A stretch of 64,000 nt of DNA from Dechloromonas sp. (GCA_016790965.1 JAEUNZ010000001.1:27095-91094), one strand, 5' to 3'. Shown: positions 1-10,726, numbered from the stretch's first letter. Made by a program: numbers and translations. The notes: generated from the sequence alone by a model not told the origin.

Positions 1-330
1 CGGTACGCGAGAGGGCAGCCAGGTCTGGATGCACTCCAGGGCGAGGCTGAGGCTCGCGGCGATGAGTGTCGCCAGTACCGCTCCCGTCCAGCGGCCCGGC
101 AGTCGGATCAGGGAGAGGGCACACAGAAATCCCAAGGGGATGTAGACGGCGACATTGGTCGCAAGGTCGAAAGCAGTCCAGTAGCGGGGCCAGCCCGCCT
201 CAAGGAAGGCAAAGGCCGAAGCCCCCGTATCGCGCCAGCCGGAAAAGGGGTGGAGGCTGGCGTAAATGAGAAGTCCGCACCACGCCAGGCCGAGGTAGCG
301 GGAAAGGACATCCGGGCTGCGAAAACTCAT
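1..330 (-). CDS. VanZ-like family membrane protein (partial, C-terminus runs off the window)
   Basis: Absent from the ORF track because it is open at the window edge. A minus-strand ATG at 330..328 opens a stop-free frame to base 1: MSFRSPDVLSRYLGLAWCGLLIYASLHPFSGWRD...VYIPLGFLCALSLIRL...LECIQTWLPSRVP. It has a multi-TM hydrophobic pattern and an E-x-x-Q-x-x-x-P-x-R stretch typical of VanZ-like proteins. Confidence 0.5.
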   Translation of the reverse strand, partial: MSFRSPDVLSRYLGLAWCGLLIYASLHPFSGWRDTGASAFAFLEAGWPRYWTAFDLATNVAVYIPLGFLCALSLIRLPGRWTGAVLATLIAASLSLALECIQTWLPSRVP

Positions 331-338
331 GTTCCGGG

Positions 339-1115
339 CTAGTCGAAGCGTACGCTCAGTGTCAGGCCGGCGCCGAAGTCCGGACTGGCGTCCGCAAAGC
401 CTTTGACCAGATAGACCTGACCCTTGTAGCCCGGACCGAAACGCCATTCCGCGTACAGGGTGGCTTCGCTGACCGGAGAACCGCTGCCGGTCAGCGCCTG
501 GCGGTAGTCGTAGTAAGCGCCGATTTCGGCCTCTCCCCCAAGTCTGTGCCCTAGGCCCAGGGCGCCGAACCAGGGATTACGGTAATCCACGCCCTGCGGA
601 TCCTGCTTGTAGGTTCTGCCCAGGGTCATCATTGCACGGGCGTCACCCAGAGGCAGCAGAAAATCGACCAGGAGCGAGTAATCATCGCGGCCCGTGGTGA
701 TCAGATCGTTGCGCCGGGCCGAAGTGGCAAACTTGGCCTTGAATCCGAGGTCGGCCTGCAGTCCCTCCTCTCCCTGGTCGATGATCTCGTGCAGCACGGT
801 TGCGGTGAGATCGCCGAAACCCTCCTGGGTCTGGCGGACGGGACTGAATCGGTCGCCGCCGGCGCTCGCCGTGCCCGTTGCGCGTACGTAGGGGAGATGA
901 AGTTTCCACACCCAAGGCCCGGTCTGATGTTTGAAGATGAGGGGCAGTGTCCAGGCGGTCGAGCGCTCACGCTCGCCGTACCTGCCTTCGGCGTAGTCCA
1001 GATTGAGGCTCACGGTGGTCTGCCCGGATGCGCCCTGGGGGGCCAGCGCAAGGAGGGCAAACACGACCCGAGCCGGGAAGGGGATAATGGAGGGAATAAA
1101 ACGCAAGAAAAACAT
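339..1115 (-). CDS. Outer-membrane beta-barrel protein (MetA-pathway/'transporter'-type OMP)
   Basis: 258 aa with an N-terminal signal peptide (..VFALLALAPQGASG). Alternating amphipathic strand pattern with G/Y/D-rich turns runs to the C-terminus (..GLTLSVRFD). Confidence 0.6.
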   Translation of the reverse strand: MFFLRFIPSIIPFPARVVFALLALAPQGASGQTTVSLNLDYAEGRYGERERSTAWTLPLIFKHQTGPWVWKLHLPYVRATGTASAGGDRFSPVRQTQEGFGDLTATVLHEIIDQGEEGLQADLGFKAKFATSARRNDLITTGRDDYSLLVDFLLPLGDARAMMTLGRTYKQDPQGVDYRNPWFGALGLGHRLGGEAEIGAYYDYRQALTGSGSPVSEATLYAEWRFGPGYKGQVYLVKGFADASPDFGAGLTLSVRFD

Positions 1116-1356
1116 GTTTGCACAGCCAGGTTACGAGAATGGGCGCGGCAGGGGAGCCGCGGTTGAATAAATCCAGGAGTCAGTCAAACAGGTTGGGGCC
1201 AATGCCGAGGCGCATCCGCGCCCGGATCGCGCCAAGTGAACCGCAGCCATGACCAAAGCCATGGCGAGGGTGAGCGGAGGCGTACGTTGCCGATCCGACG
1301 TGACTGACGACTAGCCTGATGGACGTTGCGCTGTCGGTCAAGAGCAATGCCGGAGA

Positions 1357-2724
1357 GTGAAAATGGCCCGTATTGGTGCTCGCGTGCACGATGACTTCAA
1401 TCTGATCCGCTGGTTCTCGCTCACGACCCTGGCGTCGGTGGTCACCGTGAGTGCGGTTGCAGCGTGGGCGCTGGCCAACTTTCTCACCGATCGCATGATC
1501 CGCCAGGATGCGGAGATCACCGCGGGCTTCGTCCGCAGCATCGTGGCGACCGAGAACGCCTACGACTTTTTCAGTGGTGCCACCAGTGCAGGCACCCAGC
1601 CCTTCCAGGATTTCCTCGGTCATGTGAATCGTATTCCCGGGGTGCTGCGCATCAACGTCTATTCGGCGGATCGACGCATGGTCTGGTCGAGCGACGCGAG
1701 CCTGATGGGCAAGCGTTTCGAGCACAATGAAGAATTGGATGAAGCGCTGAGTGCCGATCTGGTCGTCCATAGCGGCGTCGTCGATCCCAGCCATCTTGTC
1801 AAGTCGGAGCACCAGCACCTGGGGGACGGGCACAAGCAGTTCGTCGAGAGTTACGTGCCGATCTTCGACGTGCACGGACGCCGTATCGTGGGTGTGGTCG
1901 AACTGTACAAGGTGCCGGCCGACCTGTTCGAAACCCTTGCCGAGGGGCGCCGCCTGATCTGGTTGGCGGCCGTGGTGGCCGCGGCCTTTCTCTATGCGGC
2001 GCTTTTCTGGATCGTCTTGCGCGCCCAGCGCATCATCGAAATTCAGGGTGACCGGCTGGTGGAATCGGAATCCCTTGCGGTGGTGGGCGAGATGGGGTCG
2101 GCAGTCGCCCACGGTCTGCGCAATCCCCTCGCTGCCATCCGCTCCTCGGCCGAACTCGCCCTGGAGAGCCCCCTCCCCGATCAAGCCCGGGAGTGCGCCC
2201 AGGATATCGTTGCCCAGGTTGATCGCCTCGAAGGCTGGGTGCGCCAGTTGCTCACCTACGCCAAGCCGGCCCACGCGGCCCTGGAGCCGGTGGACCTCGC
2301 TGCTCTGTTCGCCGAGGTGGCCGAGACTTACCGGCGCGATCTGGAGCGGCGAGGCATCGGCGTCAGCGTCGAGGCTGCCCCGGATCTGCCGAAGGTGCGG
2401 GGCGACGTTGCCCTGCTGACCCAGATGCTGGGCAGCCTAGTGGTCAACGCCGGAGAAGCCATGACGGGTTCGGGTCACATCGTCCTGTCCGGCCGCCGCC
2501 TGGGAGCGGAATGCATTGCGGAAGTGCGGGACGACGGTCCGGGCATCACCCCCGCCGAAGCCGGCCGCGTGTTCAAGCCCTTCTACACGACCAAGCCCAA
2601 GGGGCTCGGGCTGGGGCTTCCCCTGGTGCGCCGCCTGGTCGAGCGCTTCGGTGGTTCGGTGGAACTGGAGAGCGCTCCCGGTAAAGGAACCCTCGTTCGC
2701 CTGCACCTGCCGGTTTGGGAGTAG
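1357..2724 (+). CDS. Sensor histidine kinase (periplasmic sensor domain, HisKA + HATPase_c)
   Basis: Two hydrophobic segments flank a ~160-aa predicted periplasmic domain. H-box GSAVAHGLRNPLAAI, plus N/G boxes (LVVNAGEAM, DDGPGI, GLGLGLPLV). The stop is 3 nt before the response-regulator start. Confidence 0.85.
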   Translation: MKMARIGARVHDDFNLIRWFSLTTLASVVTVSAVAAWALANFLTDRMIRQDAEITAGFVRSIVATENAYDFFSGATSAGTQPFQDFLGHVNRIPGVLRINVYSADRRMVWSSDASLMGKRFEHNEELDEALSADLVVHSGVVDPSHLVKSEHQHLGDGHKQFVESYVPIFDVHGRRIVGVVELYKVPADLFETLAEGRRLIWLAAVVAAAFLYAALFWIVLRAQRIIEIQGDRLVESESLAVVGEMGSAVAHGLRNPLAAIRSSAELALESPLPDQARECAQDIVAQVDRLEGWVRQLLTYAKPAHAALEPVDLAALFAEVAETYRRDLERRGIGVSVEAAPDLPKVRGDVALLTQMLGSLVVNAGEAMTGSGHIVLSGRRLGAECIAEVRDDGPGITPAEAGRVFKPFYTTKPKGLGLGLPLVRRLVERFGGSVELESAPGKGTLVRLHLPVWE

Positions 2725-2727
2725 CTC

Positions 2728-4146
<1,419 letters not shown>

Positions 4147-4289
4147 GGCGCCTCGATCCAGGGGGAGCGCCCGCGGCGCAGGGGGATATGCCCCTTTGGG
4201 CTTGTCATTTGACCCAGGCTGCTGCGCCCTTGGGCCTCGGACGCGATGGAATATCCAAATAATCATAGGCATAGAGAAATCACTCGGGC

Positions 4290-4305
4290 TGGCACGGGCC
4301 ATGCT
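4290..4305 (+). promoter_or_regulatory. Predicted sigma-54 (-24/-12) promoter
   Basis: TGGCACGggccATGCT matches TGGCAC-N5-TTGC with one mismatch. It lies ~85 nt upstream of the 4391 start codon and directly downstream of an NtrC-type activator gene. Confidence 0.55.
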
Positions 4306-4390
4306 GCATGGGAAGCATGGGAATGAATTCGGCGTCAGCCGCTCCCATGCAAGCCTTGTCCCGACCGAGAACCTTTCAAGGAGACCCAAA

Positions 4391-4654
4391 ATGTCCAAGA
4401 CTTTGATGTCACTTTCCGCCTTCGCCCTGGCAATCAGCCTTGCGGCGCCCGCCACCGCCTATTCTCCCGCGAGCTTCGACCTGAGCATCGCCCGTGCCGA
4501 GCGGCCCGAGAAACCCGAAAAGCCGCAAAAGCGCGAAAGAATCGGCGCCCTCGAGGTGGATTCGCAACTGGCCCGCGAGGCGACCGAGCGCCCCCGCGGC
4601 CGCGACAATGAGCGTCCCGGCGATCGTCAGCGGCGCGGCGGCCGCGGCGCCTGA
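4391..4654 (+). CDS. Small secreted protein, highly charged R/E/P-rich (87 aa)
   Basis: Internal ATG of track ORF 3578..4654, preceded by AAGGAG 7 nt upstream. Sec-type signal peptide MSKTLMSLSAFALAISLAAPATA. The mature part is low-complexity (PEKPEKPQKRER..RPRGRDNERPGDRQRRGGRGA). No family recognised. Confidence 0.5.
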   Translation: MSKTLMSLSAFALAISLAAPATAYSPASFDLSIARAERPEKPEKPQKRERIGALEVDSQLAREATERPRGRDNERPGDRQRRGGRGA

Positions 4655-4722
4655 AGCAGGCCACTGGAGGGAGCCGAGGGTTCCCTCCCCCCTCCCCCCT
4701 ATTCCCTGAGGAGTCATCGACC

Positions 4723-4908
4723 ATGAACAAGCCCTTGCGCAGCATCCTTACCCTCTTAGGCGCCGGCGTCATTTCCCTTCTGCTCGCGAGCCCAGCGATG
4801 GCCGGCAATTCCGTCTCTCGCGGCCACGGTGTCAAATGCACCTGGGTGCTCGTCTCTTCTGTCGGCGGGAACAACGTCTATCAGCAGGTGTGCCGCCGAG
4901 GCGTCTGA
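4723..4908 (+). CDS. Small secreted two-cysteine peptide precursor (61 aa)
   Basis: GAGGAG RBS lies ~9 nt upstream. Signal peptide MNKPLRSILTLLGAGVISLLLASPAMA. The 34-aa mature part GNSVSRGHGVKCTWVLVSSVGGNNVYQQVCRRGV has 2 Cys. No family recognised. Confidence 0.5.
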   Translation: MNKPLRSILTLLGAGVISLLLASPAMAGNSVSRGHGVKCTWVLVSSVGGNNVYQQVCRRGV

Positions 4909-5849
4909 TCATCGGTTCGCGTCGCGCCGGTCACGCCCGGTGCCTGGTTCTTTTCCTGGCACTCGGTGGACCGGTTGCCTGGGCTGATTCGCCTCTGAAA
5001 GGGAGTCTTGAAATCGCGGCCGGCCACGAAGAACTCACCAGTCCGCTGGTGCGCGTGGCTCCCTCCGGCCCGCTGTTGCGAGTGGAAGGGCTCAACCGCC
5101 TGGCGGGCAGCAGCCTCCGCATCAATGGCTCCGTCCTCCGCGACTGGACCCTGGACGGCGGCACCGGCATTTCCGCTTCGGCGCGGGGTGACGTCCTGCG
5201 CGCGCCGGCTGCTCCGGATCTGGACTGGGGAATCGCCGCCGCTGACGTGATGCTGCGCCATCCCTGGGCGGGCGCGACCTGGGGCATCGGACCGAGCGTC
5301 CAGCGACTCTGGGTCGCGCGACGCAGGTTTCGGGATACCGTTGGGGTCCAGGCAGACGCGCTTCGCGTTGATGGGAGCGGCCATTGGTCCCTGGCCGGCG
5401 ATTGGGCGCAGACGCAGCACTCGGGGGAAAACTCCGATTTCAACAGTGCTATCGCCTTGGTCAGTCTGCAGCGCCGAATCAGCGATCCCCTGCCCGGCCT
5501 CGAATCCATGGACCTCGAGGGCGGCCTCTTGCGCGAACGCAATCGCGCGGGGCTGCCGGAGCTGGGGAGTCGAAGTGCCTATCTGCGCGTGACCCTCGCC
5601 GGCAAGCGATGGGGCTACGACTGGTCCCTGGGGGGCATGACCCAGCGCTCGCGGTTCGATGCCACGGTGCTTGATCCGTTGCCGGCCAGAAGGGATCGCT
5701 TTCGCTCCCTCGACCTGTCGGTCTCCCGGGACATCGGCGAAGGCGCCTATGTCAAAGCCGAAGCCAATTTCGCCCGGAACGAAGCAAACTCGCCCCTCTT
5801 CGAGAGCCGCTACCGCCAGGTCGCCCTGACCCTGGGTTTTGCCTGGTAG
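4890..5849 (+). CDS. Putative outer-membrane beta-barrel protein (start uncertain)
   Basis: Track ORF 4836..5849. A signal-like segment (RCLVLFLALGGPVAWA/DSPLKG) is followed by alternating strand pattern and a C-terminal aromatic residue (..QVALTLGFAW), typical of OMPs. GTG at 4890 or ATG at 4836 could be the start; both overlap the preceding small ORF. Confidence 0.55.
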   Translation: MPPRRLIIGSRRAGHARCLVLFLALGGPVAWADSPLKGSLEIAAGHEELTSPLVRVAPSGPLLRVEGLNRLAGSSLRINGSVLRDWTLDGGTGISASARGDVLRAPAAPDLDWGIAAADVMLRHPWAGATWGIGPSVQRLWVARRRFRDTVGVQADALRVDGSGHWSLAGDWAQTQHSGENSDFNSAIALVSLQRRISDPLPGLESMDLEGGLLRERNRAGLPELGSRSAYLRVTLAGKRWGYDWSLGGMTQRSRFDATVLDPLPARRDRFRSLDLSVSRDIGEGAYVKAEANFARNEANSPLFESRYRQVALTLGFAW

Positions 5850-5856
5850 CTTCGCT

Positions 5857-6915
5857 TCAGCGTACCTTGATTTCGGTCCAGAGCCTGGACATCAGACGGC
5901 GCTGCTTCGGGTCAAGGTCCCGCAGCATTTCCAGGCGTGCGAGGTCGTCCTGAGTCGGGAACAGCCCCCGCTCTGCGGCCACCTCGCGCAGGATGTGGGG
6001 AACCGCGGCGGCGTTGGGATTGCCGGCGCCAATCAGGTTGGAGACATCGGCCGCGTTGGCGCCGTCGAGCATGAAATCGATGAAGCGGTGGGCGAGGTCG
6101 GGTCGCCGCGACGAGGTGTGGATGACGAAATTGTCCACCGCCAGCACGGCTCCCTCCTTGGGGATGGCGAAGCCGATGGCGAAGGGCCGGCGGGCGGCCT
6201 TGGCGTCCTCCCGGGCGCGGAACATGTCGTTGGAGTAGCCGTGGGCGACCCAGATGGTGCCGATGGCGAGTTCCTTGATGTAGGTGCTGTTGGAGAAGGT
6301 AGCCCAGTAGGGCTTGGCGCGAACGATGAGGTCGCGGGCAGCCCGCCAGTGGGCGGCGTCGGTGTCCTGGGCCGAGTGGCCGAGATAGCGCAGTGCTGCC
6401 GCCATCAGCTCGCGCTGGCTGTTAAGCACGGTCACCCTGCCCTTCAGCTTTTCCAGGTACTTGGGTTCGAAGATCAGGGCCCAGGTATCGGTCGGGAGAT
6501 GGAGTTCCCGCAGCTTGTCGGCGTTGTAGCCGATAAGCGTCACCGTCGTCGCGTAGGGGATCGAGTAGCGGTTGCCGGGGTCGTACCAGGCGTTGACGTA
6601 GGCCGGGTTGAGGTTGGTGAAGTGCGGTAGCAGCGCTTTGTCGAGGGGCTTCAGCTCCTGCTTGCGGATCAGGGTCTGGACGGCGTTGCCGGTGGGCACC
6701 AGCAGGTCGTAGCCGGCGGCGCCGGCCTCCAGCTTGGCCAGCATCTCCTCGTTGTCCGAGTAGTAATCCTGTTTCAGGGTGCAGCCGCACCACTTCTCGA
6801 AGCGCTCTGCCGTGTCAGCCGAGATGTAGTTGTTCCAGTTGTAGAGGTAGAGGGTGTCGCCGGCCCCCGCCGGCAAGGCGGCCAGCCAAAGAAGGAGCGC
6901 GGCGACGAGCCTCAT
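5857..6915 (-). CDS. potD: Spermidine/putrescine ABC transporter periplasmic binding protein
   Basis: Real start is the ATG at 6915 (MRLVAALLLWLAALPAGAG signal peptide), overlapping the potC stop (ATGA). PotD/PotF-family sequence (LYLYNWNNYI.., ..GYSNDM..). The upstream 250 aa of the 603-aa track ORF are out-of-frame read-through of potC. Confidence 0.9.
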   Translation of the reverse strand: MRLVAALLLWLAALPAGAGDTLYLYNWNNYISADTAERFEKWCGCTLKQDYYSDNEEMLAKLEAGAAGYDLLVPTGNAVQTLIRKQELKPLDKALLPHFTNLNPAYVNAWYDPGNRYSIPYATTVTLIGYNADKLRELHLPTDTWALIFEPKYLEKLKGRVTVLNSQRELMAAALRYLGHSAQDTDAAHWRAARDLIVRAKPYWATFSNSTYIKELAIGTIWVAHGYSNDMFRAREDAKAARRPFAIGFAIPKEGAVLAVDNFVIHTSSRRPDLAHRFIDFMLDGANAADVSNLIGAGNPNAAAVPHILREVAAERGLFPTQDDLARLEMLRDLDPKQRRLMSRLWTEIKVR

Positions 6916-7688
6916 CGGCTGCTCTTCAGGGTGTCCGGCGCGAAGCGGGCGGCCAGGGCGATGAGGCTGAGGGTCAGGGCCATGAGCAGGGTCGACACGG
7001 CATTGACCTCCGGCGTTACCGCCACCTTGATCATTGAATAGATCTGTAGCGGCAGGGTCGACATGCCTACCCCGGCGACGAAAAAGGTGATGACGAAATC
7101 GTCGATGGAGAGGGTGAAAGCCATCAGGTAGCCGGCGACGATGCCGGGCAGGATCAGCGGCAGGGTCACCCGGCGGAAGGTGCGCCAGGGGGTGGCGCCC
7201 AGATCCCGGGCGGCCTCGAAGAGGCTCTCGTCCATGCCCGCCAGGCGGGCGCGCACGATGATGGCGACGAAACCGATGGAAAAGGTGATGTGGGCGGCGA
7301 GGATGGAGAATAAGCCCAGGGTCAGGTCCAGCATCTGGCGGAAGAAGAGCAGCAGCGAGACGCCGAGCAGGATTTCCGGCATCGCCACCGGCGTTAGCAC
7401 CAGGAAGGGCAACAGTTTTGGCCGCCAGCGGTGCATGGCGATGCCGGCCATGGTGCCGAGCACGGTGGCAACGGTACTTGAAACCACCGCGATGAACAAC
7501 GAGTTGCCCGCCGCCTGCAGCATGTTGTCGTCGGCCAACAGTTTGCCGTACCAGGCGGTGGTGAAGCCCACCCAGGAAGCGTTCAGTTCCGAATCGTTGA
7601 AGGAAAACAGAACCACCACGGCCAGCGGCACGTAGAGGAAGGCGTAGGTGGCGAGCCCAGCAGCCCACAGAAAGGGGGAGCGGCTCAT
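6912..7688 (-). CDS. potC: Spermidine/putrescine ABC transporter permease
   Basis: 258 aa, 6 TM, with the EAA-type loop (FEAARDLGATPWRTFRRVTLPL) of binding-protein-dependent permeases. Position in the potABCD order supports the call. Confidence 0.9.
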   Translation of the reverse strand: MSRSPFLWAAGLATYAFLYVPLAVVVLFSFNDSELNASWVGFTTAWYGKLLADDNMLQAAGNSLFIAVVSSTVATVLGTMAGIAMHRWRPKLLPFLVLTPVAMPEILLGVSLLLFFRQMLDLTLGLFSILAAHITFSIGFVAIIVRARLAGMDESLFEAARDLGATPWRTFRRVTLPLILPGIVAGYLMAFTLSIDDFVITFFVAGVGMSTLPLQIYSMIKVAVTPEVNAVSTLLMALTLSLIALAARFAPDTLKSSR

Positions 7689-7703
7689 CCCGCCACCTGC
7701 TCG

Positions 7704-7791
7704 CCGTTCGCCCTGAGCCCTTCGACTCGGCTCAGGACAGGCCTGTCGAAGGGCGTTTTGCCAAGGGTTTCGACAGACTCAGCCCGAACGG
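7704..7791. repeat. REP-like nested palindromic element between potB and potC
   Basis: Inner perfect 10-bp inverted repeat GCCCTTCGAC (7717..7726) / GTCGAAGGGC (7745..7754). Outer 12/14 inverted repeat CCGTTCGCCCTGAG (7704..7717) / CTCAGCCCGAACGG (7778..7791). It translates to the ..SRVEGLRANG.. pseudo-peptide characteristic of repetitive extragenic palindromes. Confidence 0.55.
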
Positions 7792-7809
7792 AGGATGTCT
7801 GGCGCCGCG

Positions 7810-8646
7810 TCACCCCGCCCCCCGCGTCCGCGTCACCCTTGCCGACACCCCCGCCACCGCCAGCACGGCCGCCGTCAGGGCCAGGGACAAGGTCGCCCCC
7901 AGGGGCCAGTCCCGGTTGTCCAGGAACTGCTCCTTGATCAGGTTGCCGATGAGAATGTCGCCGGTGCCGCCCAAGAGTTCCGGCACCGCGAACATGCCCA
8001 GCACGGGGATGAAGACCAGCACCGCCCCGGAGAACACTCCGGGCAGCGACAGCGGCCAGGTCACCCGCCAGAAGCGCGTCCACGCCCCCGCTCCCAGGTC
8101 CTGGGCGGCTTCCAGCAGGGCCGGGTCGTGCTTTTCCAGGTTGGTGTAGAGGGGCAGGATCATGAAAGGCAGGTGCACATAGACCATGCCGACGATCACC
8201 GCCGTCGTCGAATAGAGCAGGTTCAAGGGGCCGAGAATGATGATCCAGGCGTAAACCCGGATCAGGAAGTTGCTGGCGAAGGGCAGGATCACCAGCAGCA
8301 CCAAGAGATCCCGCTGCCGCTTGGGGCTCCTGGCGATGAGCAGCGCCAGGGGGTAGGCCAGCAGCAGGCAGAGCAGCGTGGTCAGCCCGGCGATGAGGAA
8401 GGACTTGGCCAGGATTCCCGCGTAGATCACGTCTTCGCCGACGAAGCGGTAGGCGTCCAGGGAAAGGCCGTGCGTCGCCAGGGGCGCCAGGCCGCCGAAC
8501 TCCCCCGGCTCGCGGAAGCTCGCCGCCGCCATGATCAGCGCCGGCACCAGGAAGAAGACGACGAGAAAGAGCGCCGGCGGCAGGGTCACCAGCCAGCGGG
8601 TCAGCCGCTCGGCGGAGGGCCTAAGACGCGAGATAGACGCCCGCAT
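7810..8646 (-). CDS. potB: Spermidine/putrescine ABC transporter permease
   Basis: 278 aa, multi-TM, with EAA loop (LLEAAQDLGAGAWTRFWRVTWPLSLPG). The start overlaps the potA 3' end. Confidence 0.9.
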   Translation of the reverse strand: MRASISRLRPSAERLTRWLVTLPPALFLVVFFLVPALIMAAASFREPGEFGGLAPLATHGLSLDAYRFVGEDVIYAGILAKSFLIAGLTTLLCLLLAYPLALLIARSPKRQRDLLVLLVILPFASNFLIRVYAWIIILGPLNLLYSTTAVIVGMVYVHLPFMILPLYTNLEKHDPALLEAAQDLGAGAWTRFWRVTWPLSLPGVFSGAVLVFIPVLGMFAVPELLGGTGDILIGNLIKEQFLDNRDWPLGATLSLALTAAVLAVAGVSARVTRTRGAG

Positions 8647-9706
8647 CGTGCCTCCATTCCACGCTCACCCGGTCGCCGATTTCGTGAAAGCGCGCCTTGC
8701 CCGGGGCGGCGTTGGTGGTCAGGGCGTCCAGGGTGACGCCGTTGTCGAGCTGCACCTTGTATACCGTCACGTCGCCGAGGTAGAGATACTCCCGCACCGT
8801 GCCCACGAAATGGTTCTTCAGTGCGGCCTGCTCGGTGCGGTGGGAAACCCGCAGGTGCTCCGGCCGCAGGGCCAGGGCGCCGCGGCTGCCGGCGGCAGCC
8901 TCCGGATGGGCCGGCGCGGCGATCTCGCCCAGGCCGGCGGCGGCCAGGCGCAGGCCGTGGAGGGTCGATTCCACCACCGCCGCGTCGATCAGGTTGATGG
9001 TGCCGATGAAGTCCGCCACGAAGCGGTTCTTCGGTGCCGAATAGAGCACCTCCGGCACGTCCAGTTGTTCCACCCGGCCGGCGTTCATGACGGCGATGCG
9101 GTGGGAGAGCGCCAGGGCCTCCTGCTGGGCGTGGGTGACGAAAACGAAGGTCACGCCGACCTCCCGCTGCAGGGCGATCAACTCCCCCTGCATGCGCTCC
9201 CGCAGTTTGGCGTCCAGAGCCCCCAGGGGTTCGTCGAGCAGCAGCAGGCGCGGCTTGTTCACCAGCCCCCGGGCCAGGGCCACCCGCTGCTTCTGGCCGC
9301 CGGACAGCTCGTGGGGAAAGGCGCGGCCCTTCTCCTCCAGATGCACCAGGGCCAGGGCTTCATTCACCCGCCGCTTGATCTCGTTGTCGGACTTGCCCGC
9401 CATCTCGAGGGGAAAGGCGATATTGCCGCTCACCGTGAGGTGTGGGAACAGCGCGAAACTCTGGAACACCGTATGCACCGGCCGCTGCTCCGGCGGAATC
9501 CCCGCCAGGGGCCGCCCGTCTAGGAAGAGCTCGCCCTCGTCCGGCGCGTCGAAGCCCGCGATCATGCGCAGGATGGTGGTCTTGCCGCAGCCGGAAGGCC
9601 CCAGGAGGGTAAAGAATTCACCGGCCTCAATATCGAGGGAAACCGCCTTCACCGCTTCGAGCTCCCCGAAGCGTCGGGTGATGTTGCGCAGTTCGAGGAG
9701 GGCCAT
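8621..9706 (-). CDS. potA: Spermidine/putrescine ABC transporter ATPase
   Basis: Walker A GPSGCGKTT, Q-loop, ABC signature LSGGQKQRVALAR, Walker B LLLLDEPL, and a C-terminal TOBE-like regulatory domain. Confidence 0.92.
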   Translation of the reverse strand: MALLELRNITRRFGELEAVKAVSLDIEAGEFFTLLGPSGCGKTTILRMIAGFDAPDEGELFLDGRPLAGIPPEQRPVHTVFQSFALFPHLTVSGNIAFPLEMAGKSDNEIKRRVNEALALVHLEEKGRAFPHELSGGQKQRVALARGLVNKPRLLLLDEPLGALDAKLRERMQGELIALQREVGVTFVFVTHAQQEALALSHRIAVMNAGRVEQLDVPEVLYSAPKNRFVADFIGTINLIDAAVVESTLHGLRLAAAGLGEIAAPAHPEAAAGSRGALALRPEHLRVSHRTEQAALKNHFVGTVREYLYLGDVTVYKVQLDNGVTLDALTTNAAPGKARFHEIGDRVSVEWRHDAGVYLAS

Positions 9707-9865
9707 GCCTCGGGCGCCAGCTTTTTCTTTGCGATAGCTCCATTATAGATTGCTGATGCGCTTTTCCTGCACCATTGGACGCAATGGAGCCGCAGCCTTG
9801 GCCGCCCTGATCGGCACCAAACGTCGTGACGCGGGCTGCAATTCATCCACTCCGCAGTTGTGCGA

Positions 9866-10440
9866 GTCAAGTTGTGCAGATGCTGATCAGGTAGTCGGTC
9901 GGCTTTCTGCGCGGTGTCGGTGACCCGGAGCGCGTCGTGGCACTGACATCGCGCGGCCGAATCAGGCGGCCATCCTCAACTGCTCCTTCTTCTGTTCCGA
10001 AAGGAACACCATGTTCAGGTACCGGCTGTCGTTCAGCCAGGTCTCGTGGGTCTCGACACAGAGGGCCCGGATCAGCCGCAGGCACGAGGTCTCGTTCGGG
10101 AAGATGCAGACGACCCGCGTCCGGCGCTCGATCTCCTTGTTCAGACATTCGAGCATGTTCTTTCTCTTCATATGCTTGTGGTGTGCCCGGTGATGCCCCT
10201 AGATGCTCGGTCATCTCACTCTCCAGAACCTCCTGCAGCGCTTCCTTCATCATCGACTTCATCAGGTCAGGGCCGCCCGCCACCAGTCCTTCTAACGACG
10301 ATAACTTCGCCTTAATCTTCCCCGCGGTCATGGTTTGCCCTCCTTAGGGGTCAAGGTCGATCTAGACAATCAACCTTTCACCATGACCACCCTTCACCGT
10401 TCCGGCAAAGAGGCATTTGCACACAATGCTGCACACTACC
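9866..10440 (-). mobile_element. Internally deleted IS256-family insertion sequence remnant (non-autonomous)
   Basis: The transposase N-terminus (..DLMKSMMKEALQEVLESEMTEHLGA) and C-terminus (..NMLECLNKEIERRTRVVCIFPNETSCLRLIRALCVETHETWLNDSRYLNM) lie in different frames only ~200 bp apart, so the catalytic core is missing. Imperfect terminal inverted repeats (..GTTGTGCAGATGCTG.. at the left; reverse complement of ..GCATTTGCACACAATGCTGCACACTACC at the right). No target-site duplication seen. Confidence 0.75.
9962..10331 (-). pseudogene. IS256-family transposase pseudogene (N- and C-terminal fragments only)
   Basis: Track ORFs 9867..10331 and 9962..10171 carry the two conserved ends of mutator/IS256 transposases. 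The DDE core (~300 codons) is absent. Confidence 0.75.
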
Positions 10441-10726
10441 CAAATCATTCGAATCGCCAATAAATAGAAAAGGTGCCCGATACAGATAACATCAGCCACC
10501 TGTCGCGAGAATTGAATTGGTCCATAAATAGCCAATGAGCTTGAATATCAAAAATTCGTCGTCGGATAGTCAATAACTCATCAATTTTTGATCAACATAT
10601 TGTTTATTATAGCATTTATTTCAATCTGTCAGCTGGATGTAAGCTTTATCAAAAAGACTCCTCTCGGCGGCTATTGTTTTTCAAGTGCAGTACGCCGCGC
10701 ACTCAATTATTTAGGAGGAGACAAAT

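Noticed and set aside
4671-4700. CCCTCCCCCCTCCCCCCT polypyrimidine tract between the two small secreted-protein ORFs as a regulatory element
   Set aside because: It is a real sequence feature, but I cannot tie it to any known motif. It may simply be the spacer and part of the upstream ORF's 3' UTR, so it is mentioned only within the sigma-54 module finding.
5857-7668. 603-aa ORF read as one protein
   Set aside because: Only the C-terminal 352 aa (from the ATG at 6915, with signal peptide) are PotD-like. The upstream 250 aa are an R/P/G-rich out-of-frame read across potC.
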